Below, piece after piece: positions 45,734 through 55,471 of a stretch of 64,000 bases of DNA (within the stretch, counting starts at the first letter, position 1; each line of letters starts with the position of its first letter). The stretch is taken from NCBI GenBank assembly GCA_018700895.1, contig JABIUV010000053.1:8482-72481 (forward strand), given 5' to 3'. The DNA is from Bacteroidota bacterium. Its GTDB lineage: Bacteria; Bacteroidota; Bacteroidia; NS11-12g; UBA9320. The notes under the pieces were generated by a model. The model made no database searches and was not told the origin of the DNA. It was given only the letters and a program-made list of their open reading frames with translations. Position numbers and translations under genes: made by a program.

Positions 45734-47203
45734 TTGAAACACAATACATCTAAGAAAAATGTAGCCATTCTCGGTGCAGGAATAGCGGGACTGGCTAGTG
45801 CTGTAAGACTAGCTGCGGCAGGTTATGAGGTGACGGTATATGAGCAGGCAGCTACGTATGGGGGCAAAATGGGCGTGTGGCAAAAGGAAGGTTACCGCTG
45901 GGATACTGGCCCATCATTGTTTACCATGCCACATTATGTAGATGAATTATTACATATAGATGGTAAAGCAGATGTCCCCTTTGAGTATGAAGAGTTGGAC
46001 AAAATCTGCAATTACTTTTGGGATGATGGTACGCGGCTTACAGCTACCAAAAATAGAAAACAACTACTTATTGAGTTTCATCGTGCCTTGGGTGAATTGC
46101 CTAAGACGTTGAAAGCATATCTGAAAGATAGCGAGTCAAAGTTTAATATCACCAATCACGTTTTTTTAGAAAAGTCATTGCACAAGGTGCGTACTTATTT
46201 TAGTTGGCCTACCATTCGGAGTATTTTTAGATTGCCTAAGGTGCAAGTTTTTAGCAATATGCATACGCAAAATGAACGACGATTTAGTAACCCCAAGTCA
46301 GTGCAGTTCTTCAATCGCTATGCGACCTACAATGGAAGTAATCCTTATGAGGCTCCAGCTACGCTCAATGTAATACCGCATTACGAGTTTGGAATCGGTG
46401 CGTTTTTCCCAAAGAAAGGCATACGAAGTATTGCAGATGCTGTTTATACCAAGGCCATTAAGTTGGGTGTGGATTTTAAGTTTCACACGGCGGTGAATTA
46501 TGTGAGCAAGGTAGGAGGGAAGTATGTTGTAAATAATGAGGGTACTTATGATATAGCCTTATGCAATATAGACGTGGCATCGGCGGCACGTGGACCGCTA
46601 AAATCGCTGTTAGGTCATAAACGAAAAGAGTACGAACCATCAAGTTCTGCCCTTATTTTTTATTGGGGAATGAAGTCTGGTTACCGCGAGCTAGATGTGC
46701 ACAATATTTTTTTCGCACGAGATTATAAAAAGGAGTTCAATAGTATTTTCAAACAAAAAAAGATAGACGAAGACCCAACGGTGTACATCCACATTAGCAG
46801 TAAGTGTAATACAGACGATGCTCCCCAAGGTGGTGAAAATTGGTTTGTGATGGTGAATGCCCCGTATGACGATGGGCAAGATTGGGATACAATGATCGGT
46901 CAAGCCCGTACGAGTATTGTAAACAAAATAAGCCGTAACCTAGGTAGAGAGATAGAAGCAGATATTGCGGTAGAACATAGGCTTACACCGCAACTAATTA
47001 TGAGCAAAACGGCAAGCTATAAAGGGGCATTGTACGGCACGAGTTCTAATAACAGAATGTCAGCGTTCCTCAGACAAGCCAATTTCAGTTCTCGTCACAA
47101 AGGTTTGTATTTCTGTGGAGGGAGTGTTCACCCAGGTGGTGGTATTCCATTATGTTTGCTCTCTGCTAAAATAGCAACAGATATTATTCGTCGTGATTAT
47201 TAA
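45734..47203 (+). CDS. CrtI-family carotenoid desaturase (CrtD-like)
   Basis: 489 aa with Rossmann motif ILGAGIAGLA. TTG start. It overlaps the downstream carotenoid gene by 11 nt. Confidence 0.8.
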   Translation: MKHNTSKKNVAILGAGIAGLASAVRLAAAGYEVTVYEQAATYGGKMGVWQKEGYRWDTGPSLFTMPHYVDELLHIDGKADVPFEYEELDKICNYFWDDGTRLTATKNRKQLLIEFHRALGELPKTLKAYLKDSESKFNITNHVFLEKSLHKVRTYFSWPTIRSIFRLPKVQVFSNMHTQNERRFSNPKSVQFFNRYATYNGSNPYEAPATLNVIPHYEFGIGAFFPKKGIRSIADAVYTKAIKLGVDFKFHTAVNYVSKVGGKYVVNNEGTYDIALCNIDVASAARGPLKSLLGHKRKEYEPSSSALIFYWGMKSGYRELDVHNIFFARDYKKEFNSIFKQKKIDEDPTVYIHISSKCNTDDAPQGGENWFVMVNAPYDDGQDWDTMIGQARTSIVNKISRNLGREIEADIAVEHRLTPQLIMSKTASYKGALYGTSSNNRMSAFLRQANFSSRHKGLYFCGGSVHPGGGIPLCLLSAKIATDIIRRDY

Positions 47204-47819
47204 GTTTATACAAAAACATTTTTATACACTGCTACTGGTTCCTTATGTAGTAGGTATCATAGGGATGCTCTTACCCGTGAGTAGAGATTTTTTTATGAGT
47301 CTCACACCTGTAATGTTGCTTTTTAGTTTTGTGCTGGTAGTAACTGAGGAGTCTAAGTGGATGAAATTTAATGCTCTTCCACTGGTATTCATCTGTATTT
47401 GTGGTTTTGCGGTAGAATATATTGGGGTGAATTATGGATACCTTTTTGGTGATTATCAATATGGCACAACCCTTGGACCTAAGGTGTACGGTGTGCCGCT
47501 TACCATCGCTATGAATTGGGCAATGTTGTGCATCGCTTCTCGGAGCTTGGTCAATTTGGTGACCAATAAGGCGGTTATGGCATCGCTATTAGCGGCAGCT
47601 ATAGTTACGGCCTATGATGTATTACTAGAACCTGTGGCCATCCGTTTTATGTGGTGGTGGTGGGATGGAGTAAATGTTCCCATTTTCAATTATATATGCT
47701 GGTTTGTATTCTCTTTTTTCTTTCAATTGTGGTTTAGGAAAGTTCCTAAAGTTACTGGCCGTAGTTATTGGATGATATTGGTACACGCAATTTTTTATTG
47801 GATTTTGTTATTAATGTAA
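47193..47819 (+). CDS. Carotenoid biosynthesis membrane protein (DUF422 / CruF-like hydratase family)
   Basis: 208 aa, multi-TM and Trp-rich (FMWWWWDG), coupled to the crtD-like gene. Confidence 0.6.
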   Translation: MIIKFIQKHFYTLLLVPYVVGIIGMLLPVSRDFFMSLTPVMLLFSFVLVVTEESKWMKFNALPLVFICICGFAVEYIGVNYGYLFGDYQYGTTLGPKVYGVPLTIAMNWAMLCIASRSLVNLVTNKAVMASLLAAAIVTAYDVLLEPVAIRFMWWWWDGVNVPIFNYICWFVFSFFFQLWFRKVPKVTGRSYWMILVHAIFYWILLLM

Positions 47820-47820
47820 G

Positions 47821-48246
47821 ATGAAGTTTTTTTTACTACTTTTCTTAATGTTCTCAAGCCCATCGCTCTCAGATGTACGTGCCGTGTATCAGAGCCAGAA
47901 TAGGACAAAGGTATTGGCGATGCTGAAAGTGCTTGAAGCTAAAAGTAATTTAACCACCGAGGAGCAATGCTACAAAGCGGTGTTTCTGTGTATGAAGGCA
48001 GACTACCTTACGTGGCCCAACGAGAAGCTGGCAGCATTTAAAAAAGGATATGGTGACTTAAATACACTGGTAAATTCTAATCCTCAGAATGCAGAATATC
48101 GGTACCATCGATATATGATAGAAAAACACATACCTTCTTGGCTTATAGAGCAAAGTCATATGAAAGAGGACAGAGCCTATGTACTTGCCAATCTTAAGGC
48201 ATCTCACCCTATGAGTGCATTCATCCGCAAAACAATAGAAAAGTAG
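47821..48246 (+). CDS. Small secreted hypothetical protein
   Basis: 141 aa with a signal peptide. Its start lies 2 nt after the upstream stop. Confidence 0.4.
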   Translation: MKFFLLLFLMFSSPSLSDVRAVYQSQNRTKVLAMLKVLEAKSNLTTEEQCYKAVFLCMKADYLTWPNEKLAAFKKGYGDLNTLVNSNPQNAEYRYHRYMIEKHIPSWLIEQSHMKEDRAYVLANLKASHPMSAFIRKTIEK

Positions 48247-48261
48247 TTACTTTTGTGCTCC

Positions 48262-49461
48262 ATGAAACGAGCATACATTGTAGATGCAACACGTACCGCT
48301 GTAGGAAAATTTGGGGGCACGCTTGCTCCAGTTCGCCCTGATGATTTAGCAGCAGATGTGATTAGAGCCCTCGTAGCTCGTAATCCTAATTTGGATGTAA
48401 ATGAGATAGAAGATGTCATACTTGGAGCAGCTAACCAAGCAGGAGAGGACAATAGAAACGTGGCTCGTATGAGTTCACTGATGGCAGGACTACCCGTTAC
48501 CGTTCCGGGTCTTACTATTAATAGATTGTGTGCGAGCAGCTTGCAGGCTATTGCCGACGTATCTAAAAATATCGCGGTAGGATATGGAGATATATTCATA
48601 GCGGGAGGAGTAGAGAGTATGAGTAGAGCTCCATTTGTAATGCCTAAGGCGGAGAGTGCTTATAGCCGAAGCAATATGGTATATGACACTTCTATCGGAT
48701 GGAGATTTATCAATCCTAAGTTGTCTGATATGTATTTTCCTTACCCGATGGGTGAAACTGCCGAAAATGTCGTAGAAAAGTACGGCATTAGCAGGGAAGA
48801 GCAGGATGCATTTGCTCACCACACCCAGCAGAAATATCAGCACGCATTAGAAGCAAATCGATTTGCTGATGAGATAGTACCTATACACATTCCCCAACGC
48901 AAAAAAGATGATATTGTATTTGCTCAAGATGAGCACCCGAGATTAAGTAGCTTAGAGAAGTTAGGTAGTCTTCGTCCTGCATTTAGAAAAGGCGGTACGG
49001 TGACCGCGGGTAACTCCAGTGGAGTAAATGATGGTGCGGCGGCTTTGTTGGTAGTAAGTGAGGATGCGTTAAAACGGCACAATCTGGAACCTATTGCTGA
49101 GGTAGTGAGTAGTGCTGCTGCCGGAGTACATCCTGATATTATGGGAATAGGGCCGGTACCTGCCACACAAAAAGCTTTGAAACGTGCAGGAATTGGAGTG
49201 CAAGACTTAGACCTTGTAGAGTTGAACGAAGCATTTGCAGCTCAAGCCATAGCGTGTATGCGAGATTTGGATTTGAACCCTGATATTATCAATGTCAATG
49301 GTGGTTCAATAGCTATTGGTCATCCATTAGGTGCGAGTGGTGCTCGTATCACAAGTACATTGTTACACGAAATGAAAAAACGTGACGGTGTAAAATATGG
49401 ACTTGCTACGATGTGTATCGGAGTAGGGCAGGGGGTAGCCGTGGTTTTCAAGAAGTGCTGA
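48262..49461 (+). CDS. Acetyl-CoA C-acyltransferase (thiolase)
   Basis: Active-site Cys in NRLCASSLQA, GNSSGVNDGAAA, and C-terminal MCIGVGQG. ATG at 48262 is preferred over TTG at 48253. Confidence 0.9.
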   Translation: MKRAYIVDATRTAVGKFGGTLAPVRPDDLAADVIRALVARNPNLDVNEIEDVILGAANQAGEDNRNVARMSSLMAGLPVTVPGLTINRLCASSLQAIADVSKNIAVGYGDIFIAGGVESMSRAPFVMPKAESAYSRSNMVYDTSIGWRFINPKLSDMYFPYPMGETAENVVEKYGISREEQDAFAHHTQQKYQHALEANRFADEIVPIHIPQRKKDDIVFAQDEHPRLSSLEKLGSLRPAFRKGGTVTAGNSSGVNDGAAALLVVSEDALKRHNLEPIAEVVSSAAAGVHPDIMGIGPVPATQKALKRAGIGVQDLDLVELNEAFAAQAIACMRDLDLNPDIINVNGGSIAIGHPLGASGARITSTLLHEMKKRDGVKYGLATMCIGVGQGVAVVFKKC

Positions 49462-49563
49462 TGATTTTATTGTAAACTTGTTTGTACAACTAATGACATA
49501 CACTTGCGGCCAGTAAATGGATAAGTGTGGATTTTACTTCACAATATAGAAACGGATGAAAAC

Positions 49564-49594
49564 AAAAAAGGCGACCATTTGGTCGCCTTTTTTT
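49564..49594. terminator. Bidirectional intrinsic terminator between the convergent thiolase and gldN genes
   Basis: AAAAAA, then stem GGCGACC, loop ATTT, stem GGTCGCC, then TTTTTTT. Confidence 0.7.
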
Positions 49595-49612
49595 AAACTA
49601 CTTCTTTTGAGA

Positions 49613-50446
49613 TTAATATTCCCAAAGATCGTGCTCAAGGATGAATAGGTCATTCTTGATTCTGTCACTTTCTAATAATGCTTCTACACCATCGTCTCTG
49701 AACTCTTCAAACATTGCTATGTCAAGATCGTACATGTTACTTTCTTTCACAACGTAGCTGCTGAATTGTCTCATTTGAAACCAGTGATCAAAACTAATAC
49801 GAGCTGCATCATTTTTTGAATTGAATACTTCTTCTTGAGCAAGTTTATCTCTCAAGTCATCCATTTTTAACCAGTACAAGGGTACTTCACCTAACTCAAT
49901 ACCCGACTCAGTGAGTGGTTTGATAAGCGGAGCGATTGCGATGATACGTGCTCTAAAGTCTGAATAGTTGTAATCAAATATCCAGTCTTCCATGATACGA
50001 TATTTCACTATCTTAGAAGGTTCGTATGTTTCTTTTACCGTAGTTTGAATCAAATCATAAGGATCATCTGGGTTGTCTGGGTTAGGAATCATTACCGTTT
50101 GCTCGATACTGATTTCTTTCTCAATGTCCTCTGGAGTTTTGATACTTGTAAGTGAATCATTAGCATAAGCAGATACTTCACCGTTCATAGCAGCATTCCA
50201 TATTATAAGATAGAATGGGTTACGTGGCCAGTGCATTACTTTGTTTTGCTTCTCACGTACATCGATGACACGGTGTATACGTTTACTCCATTTTACGTTA
50301 GCCTCACGAATATAGCGATACGGAACAGCTTTACGCTCCTTAGCCGCTGTGTGCGGATATGTGTAATCCTCATAGCTACTATTCTGTGCTTGGGATGCAC
50401 CTGCAACAAAAATACAGGTCATAAATATTAACAATGCTCTCTTCAT
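49613..50446 (-). CDS. gldN: Gliding motility / T9SS protein GldN (PorN)
   Basis: 277 aa with a signal peptide, at the conserved position after gldM. Confidence 0.85.
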   Translation of the reverse strand: MKRALLIFMTCIFVAGASQAQNSSYEDYTYPHTAAKERKAVPYRYIREANVKWSKRIHRVIDVREKQNKVMHWPRNPFYLIIWNAAMNGEVSAYANDSLTSIKTPEDIEKEISIEQTVMIPNPDNPDDPYDLIQTTVKETYEPSKIVKYRIMEDWIFDYNYSDFRARIIAIAPLIKPLTESGIELGEVPLYWLKMDDLRDKLAQEEVFNSKNDAARISFDHWFQMRQFSSYVVKESNMYDLDIAMFEEFRDDGVEALLESDRIKNDLFILEHDLWEY

Positions 50447-50491
50447 ATCTCTCTATATACTCCGCAAAATAACGAATAATTATTCAATTTA

Positions 50492-52087
50492 TTATCTTAT
50501 CGTGATTATGATTGGACTTAAGTTGGCTTTGAAACCATATTTGGCTTCAGTTGCACGTATGCCTTCTATAAGGATCCGATCGCCTGGCTTAGCCCCTTTT
50601 ATCAATGATCTCATTTCTCCTGTAAGTGTACCTCCATTAGCAGTTTTCATTACTGGAGGCTTTCTTTTGTACGCCATAATCAATTTGAATCCAGTAACCC
50701 TATACTTCAAGTTGTAAGCAAAACCAGCACCCATTGATGCGATGATAGCTGATTGTGCACCTACTGACGCTTTACCTTTTGGCAAACCATCGTTAGGGAT
50801 ACCACCTAGCTGTGCAGTTGGTTGTGGTAAACTACGAACTCTAAATTTCTGAGAACCTACAGTCTTTGTTTTACCATCTCTGGTAATAGAAGCTGTAATA
50901 GTTACTTCTTTACTCGTGCTACCTGGTACTTTAGCGTTATATTTCCCTCCACCAAGTGACTTAAGATTAAGTCCAGGAGCCGAAATTTTAACATCACTGG
51001 CAGCGAAACCGGGAACAGAAATTGACATAGGATTGTCTATACCTTTATACAAAAGGTTCATTTCTGTTGCAGCAATAGTAGCGGCAGGTTTGAATACAGT
51101 GAACTCTTCTTCGAAGGTGAATTCTTCGTCCCCTACAACTATCTTACCAGCGAAGGTTTTGATACCTACACCACTTGCAGGGCGTTTAAATTTACCCATA
51201 CCAGCTTCGGTTGGCACTTTAGTGTCGCCAACATATATCTCAGGTTCTCCAGTGGAGTTTGATGCAACAAGCAAAATATCTGCTTCATAGTTCTCGCCTT
51301 CCATTACGTAGTTAGATTTTGCTAATACCTTCGCAGAAAGTTTATCAAACTTAAAATCTTTAGCGTCTACTTGTGATGCAAGTTTCTCTAAAACGTCAGC
51401 TTCTAAAGTTTTGGCATCATTTTTAATTCTTGAAAAGATAGCCATTAATCCAGACGCGGGTACGTGCTCTAGATTTTGTGAAACCCAAGTAGCCTTTTTT
51501 GGTCCGTCACCTTCGGGATCATCCGCCACTAATTGGCAAGCATCTTCTACTTCTTTGTAAACCTTTAAGTCGGTAATTGTAAATAGAGAATCACTATCAT
51601 CTGGTTTTAATAATGCTAATAAATCAGTTCTAGTTTTATTGATTCTATTTTGGAACTCAACTCCGTGTTTTTCATTTACAAAGTAGTTAGCATGCTTTTC
51701 CATTTGATCAGCTGCGACTAGTTTTCCTTTGGGATCGCCATCTACACGTGCCTCTTTGGCGTCTCCACCACCGTACAACTTTTCTATGTCTAATTTTACA
51801 TCATCTACATACTTGACAAAGTCATCAGCTATTTTCTTTGCTTGCAAAGCACGGTCCATAAATGGTTTTGTCTTTGCTGGTTTCTCGTCCAATTGAGCTT
51901 GTAATGCTGACATAGTAGCATCGTTTTTAGCATCAATGTTGGTCGCTGCTCTATTGAAACTTACTTCAAATAAATGAAATGAGTCTAATATTTCTTCTGA
52001 TACGTTAAGGGCAAGAAGTGCCATGAGTACTAGGTACATCATGTTAATCATCTTCTGCCTTGGTGACATCTTACCTCCTCCGGCCAT
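50492..52087 (-). CDS. gldM: Gliding motility / T9SS protein GldM (PorM)
   Basis: N-terminus MAGGGKMSPRQKMINMMYLVLMALLALNV is characteristic of the family. Confidence 0.9.
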   Translation of the reverse strand: MAGGGKMSPRQKMINMMYLVLMALLALNVSEEILDSFHLFEVSFNRAATNIDAKNDATMSALQAQLDEKPAKTKPFMDRALQAKKIADDFVKYVDDVKLDIEKLYGGGDAKEARVDGDPKGKLVAADQMEKHANYFVNEKHGVEFQNRINKTRTDLLALLKPDDSDSLFTITDLKVYKEVEDACQLVADDPEGDGPKKATWVSQNLEHVPASGLMAIFSRIKNDAKTLEADVLEKLASQVDAKDFKFDKLSAKVLAKSNYVMEGENYEADILLVASNSTGEPEIYVGDTKVPTEAGMGKFKRPASGVGIKTFAGKIVVGDEEFTFEEEFTVFKPAATIAATEMNLLYKGIDNPMSISVPGFAASDVKISAPGLNLKSLGGGKYNAKVPGSTSKEVTITASITRDGKTKTVGSQKFRVRSLPQPTAQLGGIPNDGLPKGKASVGAQSAIIASMGAGFAYNLKYRVTGFKLIMAYKRKPPVMKTANGGTLTGEMRSLIKGAKPGDRILIEGIRATEAKYGFKANLSPIIITIR

Positions 52088-52133
52088 AATTTTGAATTTT
52101 TAGTTTTATAAATTTAATTAAAAATTATGTTGC

Positions 52134-52796
52134 TTAGTTGTTTGGACGCATAGCGTTCAACATACCTCCATACACCTTATTGAGATTTTGTATGTTTTGG
52201 TCAAAACTTACTAAGTTGTCATTCAATGTTTGGTTGATACTTGATACTTGTGAAGTTGTTTCTTTAAATGTTTCAGTAGTTTCTGCTAGGCTGTCTAATG
52301 CACTTACAGCTCTACCATAAGAAGAGTTCATTCCAAGGATTTGCTCGTTCGCTTTTGACACATTATCTGCATACTCTTTGGTAGCAACAGTTGCACCACT
52401 CAAATCAGACATGGCACCTACATTGGTAGACAAGGAGCGTAAACCTGTTCCTAAGCCTTCTATAAGGTCAGAACCAATGTTAGCATCAGCAAGCATTTTA
52501 TCAAGGGCTTGCGAAGTACTATCGCCAGATGATAAAGAATTAGAATCACGACTTTCTCCTTCCATTCCTGCTAGCTCAGGATATACGAGACTCCAATCCC
52601 ACTCTTCGTGGATAGGTTCGAAAGCGGATATGAAAAATATAAGTGCTTCAACACCCATACCCACAATTAGCATAATGTCAGCTCCGGGATAGTGTTGAAT
52701 TTTGAATAAAGCTCCAAGGATTACTACTGCTGCACCTATACCATAGGCTTTCGCCATTACGTTTTTACCTGTTTTTGATTCAAAGAAACTTGCCAT
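52134..52796 (-). CDS. gldL: Gliding motility / T9SS protein GldL (PorL)
   Basis: 220 aa with two N-terminal TM segments (YGIGAAVVILGALFKIQHYPGA). Confidence 0.9.
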   Translation of the reverse strand: MASFFESKTGKNVMAKAYGIGAAVVILGALFKIQHYPGADIMLIVGMGVEALIFFISAFEPIHEEWDWSLVYPELAGMEGESRDSNSLSSGDSTSQALDKMLADANIGSDLIEGLGTGLRSLSTNVGAMSDLSGATVATKEYADNVSKANEQILGMNSSYGRAVSALDSLAETTETFKETTSQVSSINQTLNDNLVSFDQNIQNLNKVYGGMLNAMRPNN

Positions 52797-52944
52797 AATA
52801 ATTTTCTAGTTTGTTATTTATTTTAATATAATGTTAATGTAATTTTTGGTCAAATATAAAAACGTATTTGACTTTGTATTCGCTTGTAATTGTTAAATTA
52901 ATTTTACGAGTGGGGAGTTAGCTAAATATCTGATTTGCTTCAGA

Positions 52945-54207
52945 TTATCTACTGTCGTTTGCTGATCTACCAATGTATGTTTGTACACATCTGAATCCTA
53001 CATAAGACTTAGAGGTATCTTGATACTCATAAGATCTAGAACCGTTTTGGATGAAGTATGCTACATCTTTCCAGCTACCACCTCTAGTTACTTTACGCTT
53101 TAAGGTAAGTGGTCCATCGTCTTCAGCGTCATATTGGTAGTCAGAGTTTAAATCGTGTGTAAACTGATGACTTGACTCATCGTATGCTGATATAGTCCAT
53201 TCTGCAACATTTCCGGCCATATTGTATAACCCATAATCATTTGGGAAGTAAGAGTCAGCTCTCACTGGGTACAAACCTCCGTCAGACATATAGTCACCTC
53301 TGTTTGGCTTGAAGTTAGCTAGTAAGCAACCTTTACTATTTCTAGTGTAAGGACCACCCCAAGGGTACATGTTATTGTCACGACCACCTCTGGCAGCAAA
53401 TTCCCACTCAAACTCTGTAGGTAGTCTCCAGTTCTCAGTGATAGGCAAATCTTGAGACTCCCAGTATCTGTTCAGCCATCTTGTTCTCCAATTACAGAAT
53501 GCATTGGCTTGGTGCCAATTGATTCCTACTACTGGATAATCATCATATTTTGGGTGATTAAAGTAATGACGTGCCATTGGCTCGTTGTATGAGTATGTAA
53601 AGTCACGTATCCATACCAAAGTATCAGGATAGATTGCTCTCGTTTTGGTTACCAAGAAATCTGCTCTGTTAGACTCTAAGTAGCTTTGACGTGCAGCAGC
53701 TTGCATATCTACATACGTGTAAGTATACTTTAATTTTCTAATATCCCACTGTTTTCTGTGATCGTATCTTTCTTTACCAGAGTAGAAATATCTGTCACCG
53801 TGTTCGTCATAGAACTCATCACGGTCAGCCTCCTCCTCGTAATCAAGGATTTCGTAATCATCGTGCTCATCTTCCACCTCTATAGTGAATTCCATCTCAC
53901 GTCTTAATAAACTATCTTTTACGTACTCAACGAACTGACGATACTCGTTATTTGTAATCTCAGTATCATCCATCCACACAGCGTGAACAGAGATTTGCTT
54001 ATTAGGTGCAATGTACGTGTGAAAAATATCCTCGTCACTTTGTCCAGTATGAAAAGAACCCGTTGGGATATAAACGGTGCCGTACGGTTGTGGGTGAAAC
54101 CACGGACGTCTTCCTTGTACTCCTACCAACTCTCCATTGTCTCCAAATCCGCATCCAATTAGCGTCATTATCGACATCACTACAAGTGCCTTTGCTGTAT
54201 TTCTCAT
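52945..54207 (-). CDS. gldK: Gliding motility / T9SS lipoprotein GldK (PorK), FGE-sulfatase fold
   Basis: Lipobox LIGCG, with NVAEW and RGGSW motifs. Confidence 0.9.
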   Translation of the reverse strand: MRNTAKALVVMSIMTLIGCGFGDNGELVGVQGRRPWFHPQPYGTVYIPTGSFHTGQSDEDIFHTYIAPNKQISVHAVWMDDTEITNNEYRQFVEYVKDSLLRREMEFTIEVEDEHDDYEILDYEEEADRDEFYDEHGDRYFYSGKERYDHRKQWDIRKLKYTYTYVDMQAAARQSYLESNRADFLVTKTRAIYPDTLVWIRDFTYSYNEPMARHYFNHPKYDDYPVVGINWHQANAFCNWRTRWLNRYWESQDLPITENWRLPTEFEWEFAARGGRDNNMYPWGGPYTRNSKGCLLANFKPNRGDYMSDGGLYPVRADSYFPNDYGLYNMAGNVAEWTISAYDESSHQFTHDLNSDYQYDAEDDGPLTLKRKVTRGGSWKDVAYFIQNGSRSYEYQDTSKSYVGFRCVQTYIGRSANDSR

Positions 54208-54335
54208 ATATTTACTCTTTTAAAAGTTCGACAAATTAACATTCAAATGTTTAGAAAAACAATCTAAATGTAAATTTAGAATCTTAGTTATTAACGTGGT
54301 TGTTGGTTGTATAGTATTGTTTACTAAAATATTTT

Positions 54336-55382
54336 TTATAGAAATCGAACGCTCTCCTTAATGATTGTCTCATCGGTCGCATAATTAATCGGTATGCAGT
54401 ACCTTACAAATATCTCGTGTGTACCGTTACTTACGCGTTGGATATTAGAAACTGTAACATCATAAGAGTATCCTACTTTTATTTTGCCTGCTTGATAACC
54501 CATTAGTACCGATACTGCATCCATATTGCCCCATTGCCTGAAAGCAAGACCTCCTCTGAATGCTCCCGAAAATAATGCAGTTACGTTCAAATCTACTTGT
54601 GGTTTATATGCACCATTTAACAATCCATACTTTAAAAGCATTGCTGGTTCCAGTACTGTACCTCCTGATAATTCCACATCTGATCCAGCTATGAGGTAAT
54701 AGTGTGGCACAAATAGGTGAAATATAGATTGGCCATTGACTCCTGCAGGAACATCATACAATGGTTGAGTTACATTGGTCACAGATAGGCCTGTGTAGAA
54801 ATTTTTCAAAGGTGATGAACCCAATCTCTGCGTTTTGTACATTACTCCAAGATTCATGTTGAGTTTAGACTCAGAAGCAGATAGCTGAGGCACAAATGGA
54901 TCTCCAATATCTTTTGCAAGGAAATTTGGGTTATCCCAACCCCATTGCCGAATGCCAATTCCAAATCCGCCACTTAATTCGCTATAGCCACCTTGTATCT
55001 GCTGTTTGAAATTTAGGTTAGCCATAAAACCAGTAGATACCGTAGAACCTAGTTGGTCGTTTATCACCGTTAATCCAGCACCTATGAACTGATTGGCGTT
55101 TAATTTAAAAACGCTATTCACATTCATATTATAAGTAACAGGTGCTACATTTGTTACCCCAATCCCTGGTTCTGCATTCGTTCCTCTTACTCTTGTGTCG
55201 TCCGTATATTGTCTCCACTGATGGTGGGTAAGGCCAGTGATACAAATTTCGCCATAGGCGTGACCTGCGGCTGCAGGATTGTATGCTTGTATTACATCTT
55301 TAAAATGCGTGTAATAAGGATCTTGCTGTGCGAAAGTGTTTACAGAGACGAACAAAAATAGAAACAGAAATGCTTTTTTCAT
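54336..55382 (-). CDS. PorP/SprF-family T9SS outer-membrane protein
   Basis: Signal peptide followed by AQQDPYYTHF...YNPAAAG, and a C-terminal beta-barrel. Confidence 0.75.
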   Translation of the reverse strand: MKKAFLFLFLFVSVNTFAQQDPYYTHFKDVIQAYNPAAAGHAYGEICITGLTHHQWRQYTDDTRVRGTNAEPGIGVTNVAPVTYNMNVNSVFKLNANQFIGAGLTVINDQLGSTVSTGFMANLNFKQQIQGGYSELSGGFGIGIRQWGWDNPNFLAKDIGDPFVPQLSASESKLNMNLGVMYKTQRLGSSPLKNFYTGLSVTNVTQPLYDVPAGVNGQSIFHLFVPHYYLIAGSDVELSGGTVLEPAMLLKYGLLNGAYKPQVDLNVTALFSGAFRGGLAFRQWGNMDAVSVLMGYQAGKIKVGYSYDVTVSNIQRVSNGTHEIFVRYCIPINYATDETIIKESVRFL

Positions 55383-55471
55383 ATGTAAGAAATTCCTAAA
55401 ATTCAGTAAGGTACAATATTAACTAAAAAATACGATTGGTTATTGTCATTTAATATGAAATACTAAAATTC

